Source: Mobula hypostoma
Taxonomy: Eukaryota
Length of the DNA: 64,000 nucleotides
Reading direction: 5' to 3'
Assembly (NCBI RefSeq): GCF_963921235.1
Contig: NC_086109.1
Coordinates: 7,194,001-7,258,000, forward strand
Part shown: positions 1-12,391 of the stretch, piece after piece
How the letters are laid out: the number at the start of each line of letters is the position of its first letter
Numbering within the stretch: the first letter of the stretch is position 1
Notes under the pieces: generated by a model
Told to the model about the DNA's origin: nothing
Database searches by the model: none
What the model saw: the letters and a program-made list of their open reading frames with translations, nothing else
Position numbers and translations under genes: made by a program

Positions 1-699
1 AAGGGCCTGTACTGTGCTGTAGGTTTTCTATGTTTCTATGAGTTGCTGAATTGAAATCTGAAGACAGAGGCCATTCTGATTTGTAAACTGGAAAACTGCT
101 CACTGTTCTTATTCTTCCAAAACTTACCCCAAAATTAGGTATGGATGAAATACCAGAAATAAATACGTTGCCAACTAACACTTTTCATAATAACTGTGCT
201 ATTGTTCTGTAGGAGCTCTGCTTTTCCTTGAGGGTCCAAATAAAATGTTTCGGTTTCCTGGACTCTGGAATTCAGGGAATTTCCAATTAAGATGTGGAGG
301 CAGAGACTGGACAACCTCAATGTACGGAACTATCCAGACCATCTGCCTGACAATAAACAGTTGAAGGTTGTGCATTTACAGGCAATGAACTCAATGAAAC
401 CAGTCGAACTGTGTTGCTGTGTTGGAGTCACTACCATCACTGGTCTGGTATGGAAACGCGAACGCCCAGGAGCGAAAAGGCGGTGGATACAGCCCAGTCC
501 ATCACAGGCAAAGCCCTCCCCATCAGAATCAGAATCAGGTTTAATATCATCAGCATACGTCGAGAGATTTGTTGGCTTTGAAGCAGCAGTACAATGCAGT
601 ACTTGATAATAGAAAAAAACACTGGGAATTACAGTAAGTGTATAATTGTGTGTAAGATAGTTAAATTAAATAAAGAAATACAAATATAGTGAGGTAGTG

Positions 700-2812
700 C
701 TCCACTCCCTCCGCACTAATCTTAACCTCACCATCAAACCCGCAGATAAAGGGGATGCTGTAGTAGTCTGGCGGACTGACCTCAACCTTGCTGAGGCCCA
801 GTGTCAACTCTCAGACACCTCCTCTTACTTACCTCTCCAACAGGACCCCTTCTAAGGAGCACCAGACCATTGTCTCCCACACCATCACTGACTTTATTAA
901 CTCTGGGGATCTCCCATCCACTGCCAGCAAACTCATAGTCCCTTTACCCCTCACCTCCCGTTTCTACCTCCAACCCAAAATCCATAAAGCTGCCTGTCCA
1001 GGTAGGCCCATTGTTTCAGCTTGTTCCTAACCCACTTAACTCGTATCTGCATATCTCGACTTTATTTTATCCCTCTTGCTTCAGTCCCTTCCTATCTACA
1101 TCCGTAACACTTCACAGGCTCTTGACCTTTTCAATGATTTCAAGTTCCCTGGCCCCGATTATTTTATTTTCACTATGGATGTCCAGTCCCTGTACACCTC
1201 CATCCCTCTACAGGAAGGCCTCGAAGTTCTCTGTTTCTTTCTGGACACAAGACCCAACCAGTTCCCCTTCACCACCACCTTTTCCTCACTCTCAATGACT
1301 TCTCCTTTGGCTTCTCCCACTTCCTTCAAACAAAAGGTGTAGCCACGGGCACTTGCATGGGTCCCAGCTATGTCTGCCTGTTTGTCAGCTACGTGGAACA
1401 GTTTCTGTTCCAAGTCTTACACTAGTGACCGTCCCGCACTTTTCCTACATTACGTCGATGACTGCATTGGTGCTGTTTCCTGCACCCATGCGCAGCTCAT
1501 TGACTTCATCAACTTTGTCTTCAACTTCCACCCTGCCCTCAAATTAACCTGGTCCATTTCTGACACTTCACTTCCCTTTCTTGATCTCACTGTCTCTATC
1601 TCAGGAGACAGCTTATCTTCTGATGTCTATTATAAGCCCACTGACTCTCACAACGACCAGGAATATTCTTCTTCCCACCCTGTTACTTCCCCTTCTCTCA
1701 ATTCTTCCATCTCCACCGCATTTGCTTTTCATTCCAGAACTAAGGAGATGTCCTCCTCCTTCAAAGAAAGGGGCTTCCCTTCTTCCATCATCAATGCTGC
1801 CTCTCTTCCATTTTGTGTACATCTGCCCTCATCTCAATCTCCCACCACCTCCCCAGGGATAGGGTTCCTCTTGTCCTCATCTACCCGTCACCAACCACAT
1901 CTTTCCCTCCCCCCCCACCGACTTCCTGCTTTCCACGGGGATCACTCCCTACATGACTCCCTTGTCCATTTGTCCCTCCCTACCGATCTCCCTCCTGATC
2001 TCCCTCCTGGCACTTATCCTTGCAAGCAGAACACGTGCCACATCTGCCCCCACACCTCCTCCCTCACTACCAATCAGGGCCCCAAACAGTCCTTCCAGGT
2101 GAGGCGACACTTCCCCTGCGAGTCTGTTGGGGTCATCTGATGTATCCAGTGCTCCCCATGTGGCCTCCTGTAAATCAGTTATACCCAATGAAGACTGGGA
2201 AGTTGTTTCGCTGAGCATCTACTCTCCATTGCCAGAAAAAGCGGGATCTCCCAGAGGCAACCATTTTAATTCCACTTTCCATTCCCATTCTGATATGTCT
2301 ATTCATGTTCTCCTCTACTGTCACGATGAGGCCACACTCAGACTGGGGGAGCAACACCTTATATTTGATCTGGGTAGCCTCCAGCCCAATGGCATGAACA
2401 CTGATTTCTCAAACTTCCGGTAATGCCCCTACCCTTCTCCTTCACCATTCCCCATTCCCGTTTCCCTCTCTTTACCTACCCAGCACCTCCCTCTGGTGCT
2501 CCTACCCCCGTTTTTTTCTTCCATGGCCTTCTGTCCCCTCCTATCAGATTCCCCCCTTTTCGGCCCTGTATCTTTCTCTAATCAAATTCCCAACTCTTTA
2601 CTCCATCCCTCCCCCTCCCCTGGTTTCACCCATCACCTTGTGTTTCTTCCTCCCCTGCCCCCACCTCATCTTTTTTCCTCCAGTCCTGATGAAGGGTCTT
2701 AGCCCAAAACATTGACTGTACTCTTTCCCACTGATGCTGCCTGGCCTGCTGAGTTCCTCCAGCATTTTGTGTGTGTTGTTTGGATTTCCAGCATCTGCAG
2801 ATTCTTTCTTGT
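700..2812 (+). mobile_element. Penelope-like element (PLE), 5'-truncated, degenerate RT + GIY-YIG endonuclease
   Basis: Frameshifted PLE RT motifs (TIKPADKG, FYLQPKIHK..CPGRPIVS, FTMDVQSLYTSIP, HYVDDC, LPFLDL, VYYKPTDSH), then a Cys-rich linker and a GIY-YIG-like region (HFPCESVGVI..). 3' tail has a hammerhead-like motif. Exact 13-bp direct repeat tagtgaggtagtg at 687-699 and 2813-2825. Confidence 0.93.
2681..2718 (+). ncRNA. Minimal hammerhead ribozyme motif, degenerate (GAAA core altered)
   Basis: cagtc-CTGATGA-aggg..ccc-aaaac-att-gactg. Stem I and CUGAUGA are present, but cgaaac has become caaaac. Confidence 0.7.
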
Positions 2813-3509
2813 TAGTGAGGTAGTGTTAATGGGTTCAACGTCCATTCAGAAATTGGATGGCAGAGGGGAAGACGCAAAGAGTGCTGACACAAGAAGCTAC
2901 AACAATCCTCAAGGACCCCCACCATCCTTGAAGACAGGAGGTATGGGACCTTTAGGTCCCACATCACCAGGTTCTGGAACAGTTATTACCCTCCAGCCAT
3001 TGGGCTCCTGAACCAGGCTTCAATCATTTCAACTCTGAGCTGATACCACAACCTCCAGAAAACCTGCCAAGGACTCTGCAACTTATGTTCTCAATAATAC
3101 TTATTAGCTATGCTTAATGTTTAAATTAGTTTCCAGCTTTGTCTTCTTTTGCTCATTGGTTATTTGTTGGTCTTTTCCGATGTACAGTTTTTTTATATTT
3201 CTTTATTTTCCTGTATATGCCTGCAAGAAAATGAATCACAGGGTAGTGTACGTTAACGGTATATCTATGCACTTTGAAAATAAATGTACCTTACTTTTAC
3301 TTACTTTATTTAGATCAAAGTTCAAAGTAAATTTAATTATCAAAGTATGTACATGTCACCATATACTACCTTGAGATTCAGTTTCTTGCGGGCATTCACA
3401 GTAGAATAAATACATTCCATAGAATCAATGAAAAACTACACACAAAGGATGACGGCAGCCAAGGTGCAAAAGGAGCCTTTCAATCCTCATTTATTCCTCT
3501 ACTAGTTTT

Positions 3510-4323
3510 TAGGTTGAGAGATTGAGGCAAAGCTCCCCACCGTCAATCTAACAACTTTCTGCAGGAGCACAGTCAAGAGTGTCCTGTCTGGATGCATCAT
3601 CGTGTGGTACGGAAACTGCAAGGCATTGGGCCGCAAGACCCTACAGAGGACAGTAAATACTACCAAGAGAATCACTGGGTCTTCCTTCTCCCCGCTATTG
3701 GTGACATTTACTGCGAGCGTTGCAGGTGATGCATTGCTGAGATTTCCTACCACCCTTTCCACAATCTGTTCGACTCAGTACCATCAGGAAGGAGCCAGCC
3801 ATGGTGCAGAGGCATCCACGCCGGACCTTGAGGCGAGTGGTCCTGGGTTCGAATCCGGCCGGCTCCTTGCACGCTTTCCATCCGTGTTGGGTTGAGCGTC
3901 GAGCTAGCAACTCGGCCTCATTAAAAAAAGCAGACAAATGCTTTGGAAGCTGCAAGCTTGTTGCCCGTTGTGCCACAAGGCATGGAGAGGAACAACAGCA
4001 ACGATCAGGAAGGGGGTACAGGAGCATCAGTACTAGGACTGACAGACTGAGTAACAGCTCCTTCCCTCAGGCTGTGAGATTAATGGATACCCTGACACCA
4101 CAGAGGTCTCGTCACTAGGACAGTGAGCTGTAGTTTACCTGTGCTGTGCACTACATGCGCACGCTTTGAATTATATTTTATTAACTTGTATGTCTGTAAT
4201 ATTTTGCTTTATGTACTGTGTGTGATATATGTTTTGTGTGGGTGAGCTGCGGTCCAGAGGAATGTTGTTTTGTTTGGTTGTATATACGTACAGTCAGATG
4301 ACATTAAATTTGAACTTGAACTT
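3510..4323 (+). mobile_element. Rex1/Babar-like LINE 3' fragment, interrupted by a SINE
   Basis: Encodes GCIIVWYGNCKALGRKTLQRTV...SGRGYRSISTRTDRLSNSSFPQAVRLM, typical of Rex1-type C-termini. Ends in a (ttgaac)n tail. Confidence 0.75.
3793..4003 (+). mobile_element. tRNA-derived SINE with (CAA)n-like tail
   Basis: Pol III box B GGTTCGAATCC at 3846-3856; tail aacaacagcaac; 10-bp TSD atcaggaagg at 3783-3792 and 4004-4013. Confidence 0.85.
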
Positions 4324-5208
4324 GTTGCTGGCACATTTCAAGTTCAAACTCAAATTCAAGTTCAAGTTTAATTGTTGTTCTCCCGTACAGATTTATACAG
4401 TTAAGCAAAAGTGTTTCTCTGGGGCCAAGGTGCAAAACACACAGTCACACACAGAGCGTATACATAGTAGTATACAATAGCACATACGGTACATCACAAA
4501 AACAATGTTAGCACAAGTCCCTGAGTGGCATGGCCTTAAGACTGGTGGTGCATGGGATGTTGTCCTGGAGCCATGTTTCTTTAAGAACAAGTACTCAGCA
4601 GTTCCTCATCTCATGCTGCTTCAGCAGACAAGGGCTCGCGCTGGGCAATGCAGCCTGTCTCCCAGGGAGTGAATGGGAAAGGCCAGCTATGGATTCCAGC
4701 ATGCCTGCTAACCTCTTTTTGCTCCCACACTGCCTCTGACTGGCTGTAACAGGCGGCGACATGGCATGAGGGCCTGGTGGGCACAGCAACCGCGTCTGTG
4801 CAACTCCTCCATCTGTCAGTCTCGCCACCGAACCAATCAACTGGGCTTGCAGTATTTTGTATTACCAATGTCCATCAGGGTCTCGCAATCACAGGGAAGC
4901 TGTTTAAGCTGCAGATTTGCACCATTTGTTGGACTTGGAGAGGCTGCCCCTGCCAAGCACGGTGCCAGCCTGCTGGATTTCCCAGTATCACAGAAGCTGT
5001 GGTAGCTCTGAGCTGCCAGCTTCTCCTGGGCTGACAGCATTGCTCATCTGTGAGCAACGAGAAAAGCAGATGACTCAGCCAGAAAAGCTGGAGTGTTGTC
5101 TGTGCAGCCTGGCTGGCAACTCGGATCGCTTGGCCAGCTGAGAGAAGAGCATTCACTAAATCTGTGTGGAGAATCACAATCAATATCAGGTTTACTGTCA
5201 CTGACTCA

Positions 5209-5770
5209 CACTCAGTAGCCACGTTACTAGGTGCCTCCTGTACCAATTAAAGTGGCCACTGAGTGTACGTTCATGGTCTTCTGCTGCTGTAGCCCGTCCA
5301 CTTCGAGGTTTGACGCGTTGTGCATTCGGAGATGCTCTTCTGCTCACTACTGTTGTAACGCGTGGTTATTTGAGTTACTGTCGCCTTCCTGTCAGCTTGA
5401 ACCAGTCTGCCCATTCCCCTCTGACCTTTCTCATTAACAAGGCTTTTACGCCCACACAACTGCCACTCACTGGATTTTTATTTGTCTTTTGCACCATTCT
5501 CTGTAAACTCTAGAGACTGTTGTGTGTGAAAATCCTTGAAGGTCAGTTTCTGAGATAATCGAGCCACCCCGTCTGGCACCAACAATCATTCCATGGTCAC
5601 TCAGATCACATTTCTTCACCCAGTCTGATATTTGGTCTGAACAACAACTGAGCCTCTTGACCATGTCTGCATGCTTTTACGCATTGAGATGCTGCCACAT
5701 GATTGGCTGGTTAGATATTTGCATTAATGAGCAAGTGTGCAGGTGTACCTAATAAAGTGACCACTGGGTG
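5209..5770 (-). mobile_element. Tc1-like non-autonomous DNA transposon, copy 1
   Basis: TIRs resembling cactcagtggccactttattaggtac at both ends; TA at 5771-5772. Minus-strand remnants of the Tc1 N-terminal HTH (GMIVGARRGGSIISET..GFSHTTVSRVYREW; RLVQADRKATVTQITTRYN..GYSSRRP). Confidence 0.88.
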
Positions 5771-6269
5771 TATATTGTGTGAAATTTGTTTTGTGGCAGC
5801 AGTACAATTCAGAGACAAATTGACCATGAATTACAAAATAAATGAACTCAGTTTGTGACCCCTGGTGATGCAGAATGCTGTGCTAACAGCTATGCTACTG
5901 TGCTGTCAGAACATGTGTCCTGACAGCCAAATCCCTCCCAGCATCCACAAAGTGTGAGTCACGGGTATGACTGGACATGCTTCCCTTGTCTGGCAGGCAG
6001 CAGCTTTAACAACTCTCAGGCAGCTCGTTACGCCTAGGACAAAGGAGCCCACGTGATTGCTATCTGACCCAGCTCCCTAGTTATTCCTTTCTTTCACCAG
6101 TGGCTGTGGGCTGTAGCTGATAAAACATCTACTGCATCACCGCAGTCAGTCAAAGCATTTCCCATGCCCACAAGGCGGTCAAGGGTATGAGCAGCACTGA
6201 CAGAGACAGATTTCCAAGTCACACACTTAGAAATACATCATCGCTGGGTCTAAATATGTCTTCACTACT

Positions 6270-6545
6270 GCACGGTAGCAGCTAGCATACCGCCTGACAG
6301 TGTCAGCGATCTCGATCGGGTTTATTCCTGCCGCTGTCTATAAGGAGTTTGTATATTCTCCCCATGACTGCGTGGGTTTCCTCCCGCAGTCCAAACGCAT
6401 GTGGGTCAGCTGTACGAGTGCCGGAAATACGCTGACACTCGCGGGCTGCCCCCAGTGCAGATGTGCTGTGAAACGCAAATAACGCATTTCATTGTATGTT
6501 TCGATGTTTTAATGTACATGTGACAAATAGAACTAATCTTTTAAA
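6270..6545 (+). mobile_element. V-domain tRNA SINE, degraded
   Basis: Degenerate tRNA head followed by ggagtttgtatattctccccatgactgcgtgggtttcctccc, the V-SINE core; same family as 54360-54626. Confidence 0.65.
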
Positions 6546-7928
6546 GTTTTGGAACTCCTTCCTGAACTGAAATGTGGGCTGTAAAGTTTACGTTTTCTGT
6601 TAATTCCATATAGGCTTATCAATATTTTAAGTGATGCCAACAATACATAATTTTACATACCCTGAATATTTAGTATGCATACACACCAAAGCACCTCACA
6701 TGCATAGAGGCACAGAGTGAATCACAAGCACACACAAAACTCATTACAATGGTAAGCTTGTAAAATGGTAAATTTGTTTAGTCTTGTCACGTACGGGGTT
6801 CAGTGAACCACTTGTGTTCACACTGGCCAGGCAGATCAATTCATTACATCACTGCAAGGGAAAACAAGAAAAGAATTGCAGAATAAAGTGTTGCAGCTAC
6901 AGAGAAGGTGCAGTGCAGGCTGAGAATAAGGTGCAAGGTCATAACAATGTAGACTGTGAGGTCAAGAGTCCATCTTATCAAATTAGGGGCCTGTTCAAGA
7001 GTTAGAAGGTGTCCTTGAATCTGGCACCACGTGCTTTTGGGGTTTTGTATCTTCAGCCCGAAGGGAGAGAGGAAAAGAGCGAAGTTCCGGGGTGGGTGGG
7101 GTCTGTAGTTATGTATACCACTATTCTGAGACAGCAAGAAGTGTAGACAGAGTCCGTGGAGCAGCCTAGTCTGTTGAAGTAGCACAAAAATTAAGAAGGT
7201 GTTGCTCTCTACAAGTGATTTCTATGATGTCTTCTTCAATTCCTCAACCATAAGTAACAATGATCAGCTCAGTTGACGTATAACTTGCGATGATTGTCTA
7301 TCAGCCTTTTGTTACAAATTCTTGTTAACACCTTACAATATTAGCAACAGTTAACGATCCACCCACTAGCACCTGTGAATGGACAATATTCCACTAAAAC
7401 TCCTTAAGGATTTTCACAGTTTCTAATGTATAGAATAAAATCTTTCAAGACAAAATCAGAGTCCCATCGGACTGTGTGGAAAATTACAGCCTCCCGTGGA
7501 GATCTTTGAATGAGCAGACTTATATCTGCTTTCTATTTTCACAGCTGTACATCTTCAGTTACTTCCTCCACATGGGGACCAGTTGTTACCAACGCTGCAG
7601 CTTCCAGGACCCATCACAGGGAGTGAAGCTGCTCGTATACAAGGCACAGGAGGAAACATTCTAAACCCCAAGCGAAGCTTCTCCCCTCTTCTATTTGCCT
7701 GCTCGAGGAAGGAAGATCGGTCAGTAGTTGGTCAGCTCGTAATCCTGCCTTCTGTTTGAAGGTTAGAAGTAATGTTTGCACGATGTGCAGATCCATTCAG
7801 CACTTCTCAGAAGATAAAGCAGCTTGTGTCACAGAACTCACTTACAGACAGCGACTCATTGTGCTTGTGTTTGAACATAAATACGTGTGTTGTGTGCCTG
7901 TATATACAAGCGAGTGAGCATCTGTACC

Positions 7929-7932
<4 letters not shown>

Positions 7933-7966
<34 letters not shown>
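7933..7966. repeat. (TG)n microsatellite
   Basis: Pure TG run directly visible. Confidence 0.95.
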
Positions 7967-7970
<4 letters not shown>

Positions 7971-8388
7971 ACATAGAAACATAGGCCCTTCGAGCCTGAA
8001 CCATCATTCAGTGTGATCATGGGTGATCATCCAACTCAGAACCCTGTACCTGCCTTCTCTCCATACCCCCTAATCCCTTTAGCCACAAGGGCCATATCTA
8101 ACTCCCTCTTAAATATAGCCAATGAACTGGCCTCAACTTTTTCCTGTGGCAGAGAATTCCACAGATTCACCACTCTCTGTGTGAAGAAGTTTTTCCTCAT
8201 CTCGGTCCTAAAAGGCTACCCCTTTATCCTCAAACTGTGACCCCTCGTTCTGGACTTCCCCAACATCGGGAACAATCTTCCTGCATCTAGCCTGTCCAAT
8301 CCCTTTAGGATTTTATATGTTTCAATCAGATCCCCCCTCAATCTTCTAAATTCCAGAGAGTATAAGCCTAGTCAATCCAGTCTTTCAT
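7971..8388 (-). mobile_element. CR1 LINE 3' end, young subfamily
   Basis: Reverse complement closely matches the 3' ends at 15352-15872 and about 43870-44324; (tttctatg)n tail; sits inside a TG-rich tract. Confidence 0.9.
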
Positions 8389-8549
8389 TATGTGTGTGTG
8401 TATGACTATGTGTACGTGAATGTGTGCACTGTGTGTGTGTGTGCCTGCATGCCTGTGTGCATGAGAGAGTATTTGTATGTGTCCATGTAATACTGGACAT
8501 GTTGGACATCTTCTATTTGCTAGTAACAGAATGGGGACTGCTACAACTC

Positions 8550-9085
8550 TGACACAAAATGCTGGAGGAGATCAGCTGGTCAGGCAACGTCTCTGGAGAG
8601 GAATAAACAGGCAAAGCTTTGGGCTGAGGCCCCTCATCAGGACTGGAAAAGAAGAGGGCAGAAGCCAGAATAAGAACGTGTGGGGAAGGGAAGAAGTGCA
8701 AATTGGCAGGTGATAGGTGAAGCCAGGTGAGGGTGAAATGAGGTGAGAAGCTGGGAGGTGATAGGTGGAGGGGGTAAAGGGTTGGAGAAGAAGAAACTTG
8801 AAAGGAGAGCAGAGTGGACCATAGGAGAAAGAGGAGGGGGCGGGGGACCGGAGGGAGGTAATGGGAAGGTGAGGAGAAGAGGTGGGAGGAGAACCACAAT
8901 GGGGAATGGAAAAGGAAAGGAAGGGGAAGAGGGAGACAGTAGTGGAAGTCACAGAAATCATGCCATTAGGTTGGAGGCTAGCCAGACAGAATATAATGTG
9001 TTGCTCCTTCAACCTGAGAGTGGTCTCGTTGTGGCCACAGACTGACATATCAAAATGGGAATGGGAGTGGAATTAAAATGGGTGG
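8550..9085 (-). mobile_element. Penelope-like element 3' fragment
   Basis: Minus-strand HNETTLRLKEQHIIFCLASLQPNGM matches the 3' end of the 700-2812 element; degenerate hammerhead motif at about 8606-8646. Confidence 0.85.
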
Positions 9086-10045
9086 TTACCAGTACAGCTC
9101 GGTTCCTGCAGCATTTTATGTGGATTGCTCTGGATTTCCAGAATCTCTTGTGCTTACGATACGTTGCAATTCTTTAGCAAAATGGAAAGTTTTCTGCCTA
9201 TTGCTTCTGATCGAAGCATCCCACCGACACATTGAGGCCAAACTTTTAATGGACCTCTGTTGTTTAACTTGCAGTTAAGTCCTGAACTAGGTACCCAACT
9301 TCAAAGGAAAGGCATTTTCCTTTCATCAATGACCCAAGGAAATATTTCAGACCCTTCATTTGAATTCAGGACATTATTCGCTTATTTCTCTTTGAAGCAA
9401 GATATTTATCTAACAAAGTCAAGATTTTCTTCAGAGCACCGTACTTCCTTTTTGCCAAGTTGCTTATCAGCAGGAGCAATGGAATTAGGATAAAATTAGC
9501 GGAACACAGGAAGAGAAAACAGTGCACTAAGCAGTTTGGAGGAAGTGAAGACACACGATCTGGCAGATGGTGGACCCTGTAACAGAAGAAACAAACTGCT
9601 GGGGGAGGTCAGCTGGTCAAACACAGTGTGTTCCTTCTCTGTTCCTATCCATTTACCTCGGTTCTCTCTTCTTGGTTTAAATTTCCCATTCTCTTTGGCC
9701 CTTCATGCACACTCTGATCCACACGATTTCTTCTCCCCTCGTCCACCCCTTCCTATCCCCTCCCCCACCTGGTCACACACCTGCCCGTCACTCCCCCGTA
9801 TTAAACCACGGATTCACACAGCATGAAAACAAGCCCTTTGGCCCATCTGGTCACAAGTCCACAAGACCATGAGAAATAGGAGCAGAATTAAGCCATTTGG
9901 CCCATTGAGTCTGCTCCACCATTCCATCATGGCCGATTTAAAATCCCTCTCAACCCCGTTCTCCTGCCTTTCCCCGTAATCTTTGACGGCCTGACTAATC
10001 AGGAACATATTATCATTCACCGCTTTAAATATACCCAGATGACTT

Positions 10046-10235
10046 GTAAACACAAAATACTCTGCAGATGCTGGGGTCAAAGCAACACTCACAACACGCT
10101 GGAGGAACTCAGCAGGTCGGGCAGCATTCGTGGAAACGATCAGTCAACGTTTCGGGCCGGAACCCTTCATCAGGACTGAAGAGGGAAGGGGCAGAGGCCC
10201 TATAAAGAAGGTGGCAGGAGGGTGGGAAAGAGAAG
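10046..10235 (-). mobile_element. ~190-bp PLE 3'-end insertion carrying a hammerhead ribozyme
   Basis: PLE tail sequence flanked by an 11-bp near-TSD: ccagatgactt at 10035-10045 and ccaaatgactt at 10236-10246. Confidence 0.8.
10141..10178 (-). ncRNA. Minimal type I hammerhead ribozyme, apparently intact
   Basis: Minus strand reads CAGTC CTGATGA AGGG ttccgg CCC GAAAC GTT GACTG: stem I cagtc/gactg, CUGAUGA and GAAA cores, GGG/CCC stem II, palindromic ACGT stem III, GUU cleavage triplet. Confidence 0.85.
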
Positions 10236-10989
10236 CCAAATGACTTAGTCTCTACATCCGTCTGTGGTAATGAATTCCACAGATTCACCATCCTCTGGCT
10301 AAAGGAATTTCTCCTCATGTCTGTTCCAGAGGGGTGTCCTTCTATTCTGCGGCTGTGCCCCCTAGCCCGAGACGCTCCCACTATTAGAAACATCCTCTCC
10401 ACACTCTACCTAGTCCATTATACATTCGATAGGTTTCAATGAAATCCCCCTCATTTTTATAAACTCCAGAGTACAGGCCCAGAGCATCAGACACTCTTCA
10501 CACATACGTTAACCCCTGGATCATTCTTTATGCTGACCAAGATGCCCAACCAAGACAGCCCCATGTGTCTGCATTTGTCTCATGAACATTTAAGCCTTTC
10601 CTGTCCATGTACCTGTCCAAGTGCCTTTCTGAAAGGTGTTATTATATCCGCCTCCACTTCTGGCAACTCATCCTGTGCACGTGCCACTCTCCGTGTAAAA
10701 ATGCTGCCCCTCAAATTCCTACTAAACCTTTCCCCTTTCACCTTTACCTGTGCCCTCTACTCCTTGATTCCTCCATCCCTGGGGAAAGGACTGAGTGTAT
10801 TCACCTTGTCATTGTCCCTGATGGTTCAATTATCTGGTTCCTCCGACCACCTTTCAGCTGCTGACGCTACAGTCCCACTCCCCCCCCCCCCCCAACCACA
10901 CCTGGCTCCATCTATCCATCGACTTGCTCGGATTTGGTTGTTTTCTAAGTTTGTAGGTGCGGTTTTGGGGACAGAGAGGGGAGTTAGGG

Positions 10990-11585
10990 GTCAGGTTATG
11001 AACGCAATGTTAGCATTCATTTCCAGAGGACTACGATATGAGGGCAAGGATGTAACGTTGAGGCTTTACAAGACATTGATCAGACCGCACTTGGAATATG
11101 CTGCGGAGTTTTGGGCCCCTTACCTAAAATAGGCTGTGATGGCTGTGGAGAGGGTCCAGGGGAGGTTCACGAGAATGATCTTGGGAATGAAAGGGTTAAT
11201 GTATGAGGAATGTTTGATGGCTCTGGTCCTGTACTCACTCGCTGGAGTTTAGAAGAATGGGGGTGGGGGATCTCTTTGAAACCTATCGAATATTGAAAGG
11301 TCTAGATAGAGTGGAGAGGATGTTTCCTATAGTGGGGGAGTCTAGGACCAGAGGGCACAGCTTCAGAATAGAGGGACGTCCATTTAGAACAGAGATGAGG
11401 AGGGATTTCTTTAGCCGGAGGGTGGTGAAGCTGTGAAATTCATTGCCATGGACGGCTGTGGAGGCCAAGTCATTGGATGTATTTAAAGTGGAGGTTGATA
11501 TGTTCTTGATTAGTCAGGGGGTCAAAGGTTACGGGGAGAAGGCAAGGGAATGGGGTTGAGTGGGTTAATAAATCAGCCGCGAGCA
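10990..11585 (+). mobile_element. CR1 LINE 3' fragment
   Basis: MLAFISRGLRYEGKDVTLRLYKTLIRPHLEYAAEFWAPYLK, then the CR1 C-terminal region and 3' UTR. Confidence 0.88.
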
Positions 11586-11989
11586 GACTGGAAATAGGGA
11601 AAGTGCAATGCAGGCAGATAACAAGGTGCAAGGGCCATAATGAGGTCAAGAGTCTATCTTATCACACCAGAGGAGCATTATAACGTCAGGATAGAAGCCG
11701 TCCTTGATCCTGGTAGTACACGTTTCAAAACTTTCGTCTGTTCTGCTCAGTGGGTCATGGGAGAAAGTTGGGGTGGGTTCTTTACTAAATAGTAAATAGT
11801 GTAGATAATGGTCCATGAAAAGAGGCTGGTTTCCATCATGTATTGAACCCTGTCCCCAACTCTCTGCAGTTTCTTGTGGTCACGGGCAGGGCAGCTGCCG
11901 CACCAAGCCGCGATGAATCCGGAGAGGATGCTGTCTGTGGTGCGTCAGTAGGTATTGGCGAGGGTTTACAGGGACATGCCACATTTCAG

Positions 11990-12391
11990 CTCCATCACTG
12001 GCATCGGCCTCCCCAACATCCAGGACATCTTCAAGGAGCGATGCCTTAAAAAGGGTGGAATCGATCACTAAGGACCCCCACCACCCAGGACGTGCCCCCG
12101 TCTCATTGCCACCATCAGGAAGGAAGTACAAAAGTCTGAAGACACAGATTTAACGATTCAGGAACAGCTTCTTCCCCTCTGCCATCCGATTGTTGAATGG
12201 ACATTGAACCCATGAACACAACCTCACTACTCTTTTTTCTCTTTTTGCACTACTTACTTAATTTAACTTTTTTAAAAAAACGTCTATACTTCTTACCGTA
12301 ATTTACAGTTATTATTATGTATTGCAATGCACCGCTGCCACACATCAAATTTCACAACATATACCAGTGATATTAAACCTGATTCTGATTC
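11990..12391 (+). mobile_element. Rex1/Babar-like LINE 3' end
   Basis: LPNIQDIFKERCLKK..SITKDPHHPGRAPVSLPPSGRKY motif; (ctgatt)n tail. Confidence 0.75.

Larger units (their letters stand above)
9866..10500 (-). mobile_element. CR1 LINE 3' fragment containing a short PLE insertion
   Basis: Minus-strand RGHS.RIEGHP..TDMRRNSFSQRMVNLWNSLPQ plus the CR1 3' UTR. Confidence 0.85.

Noticed and set aside
10530..11132. 200-aa ORF
   Set aside because: A chance read-through of an antisense CR1 tail, a spacer and a sense CR1 RT fragment.
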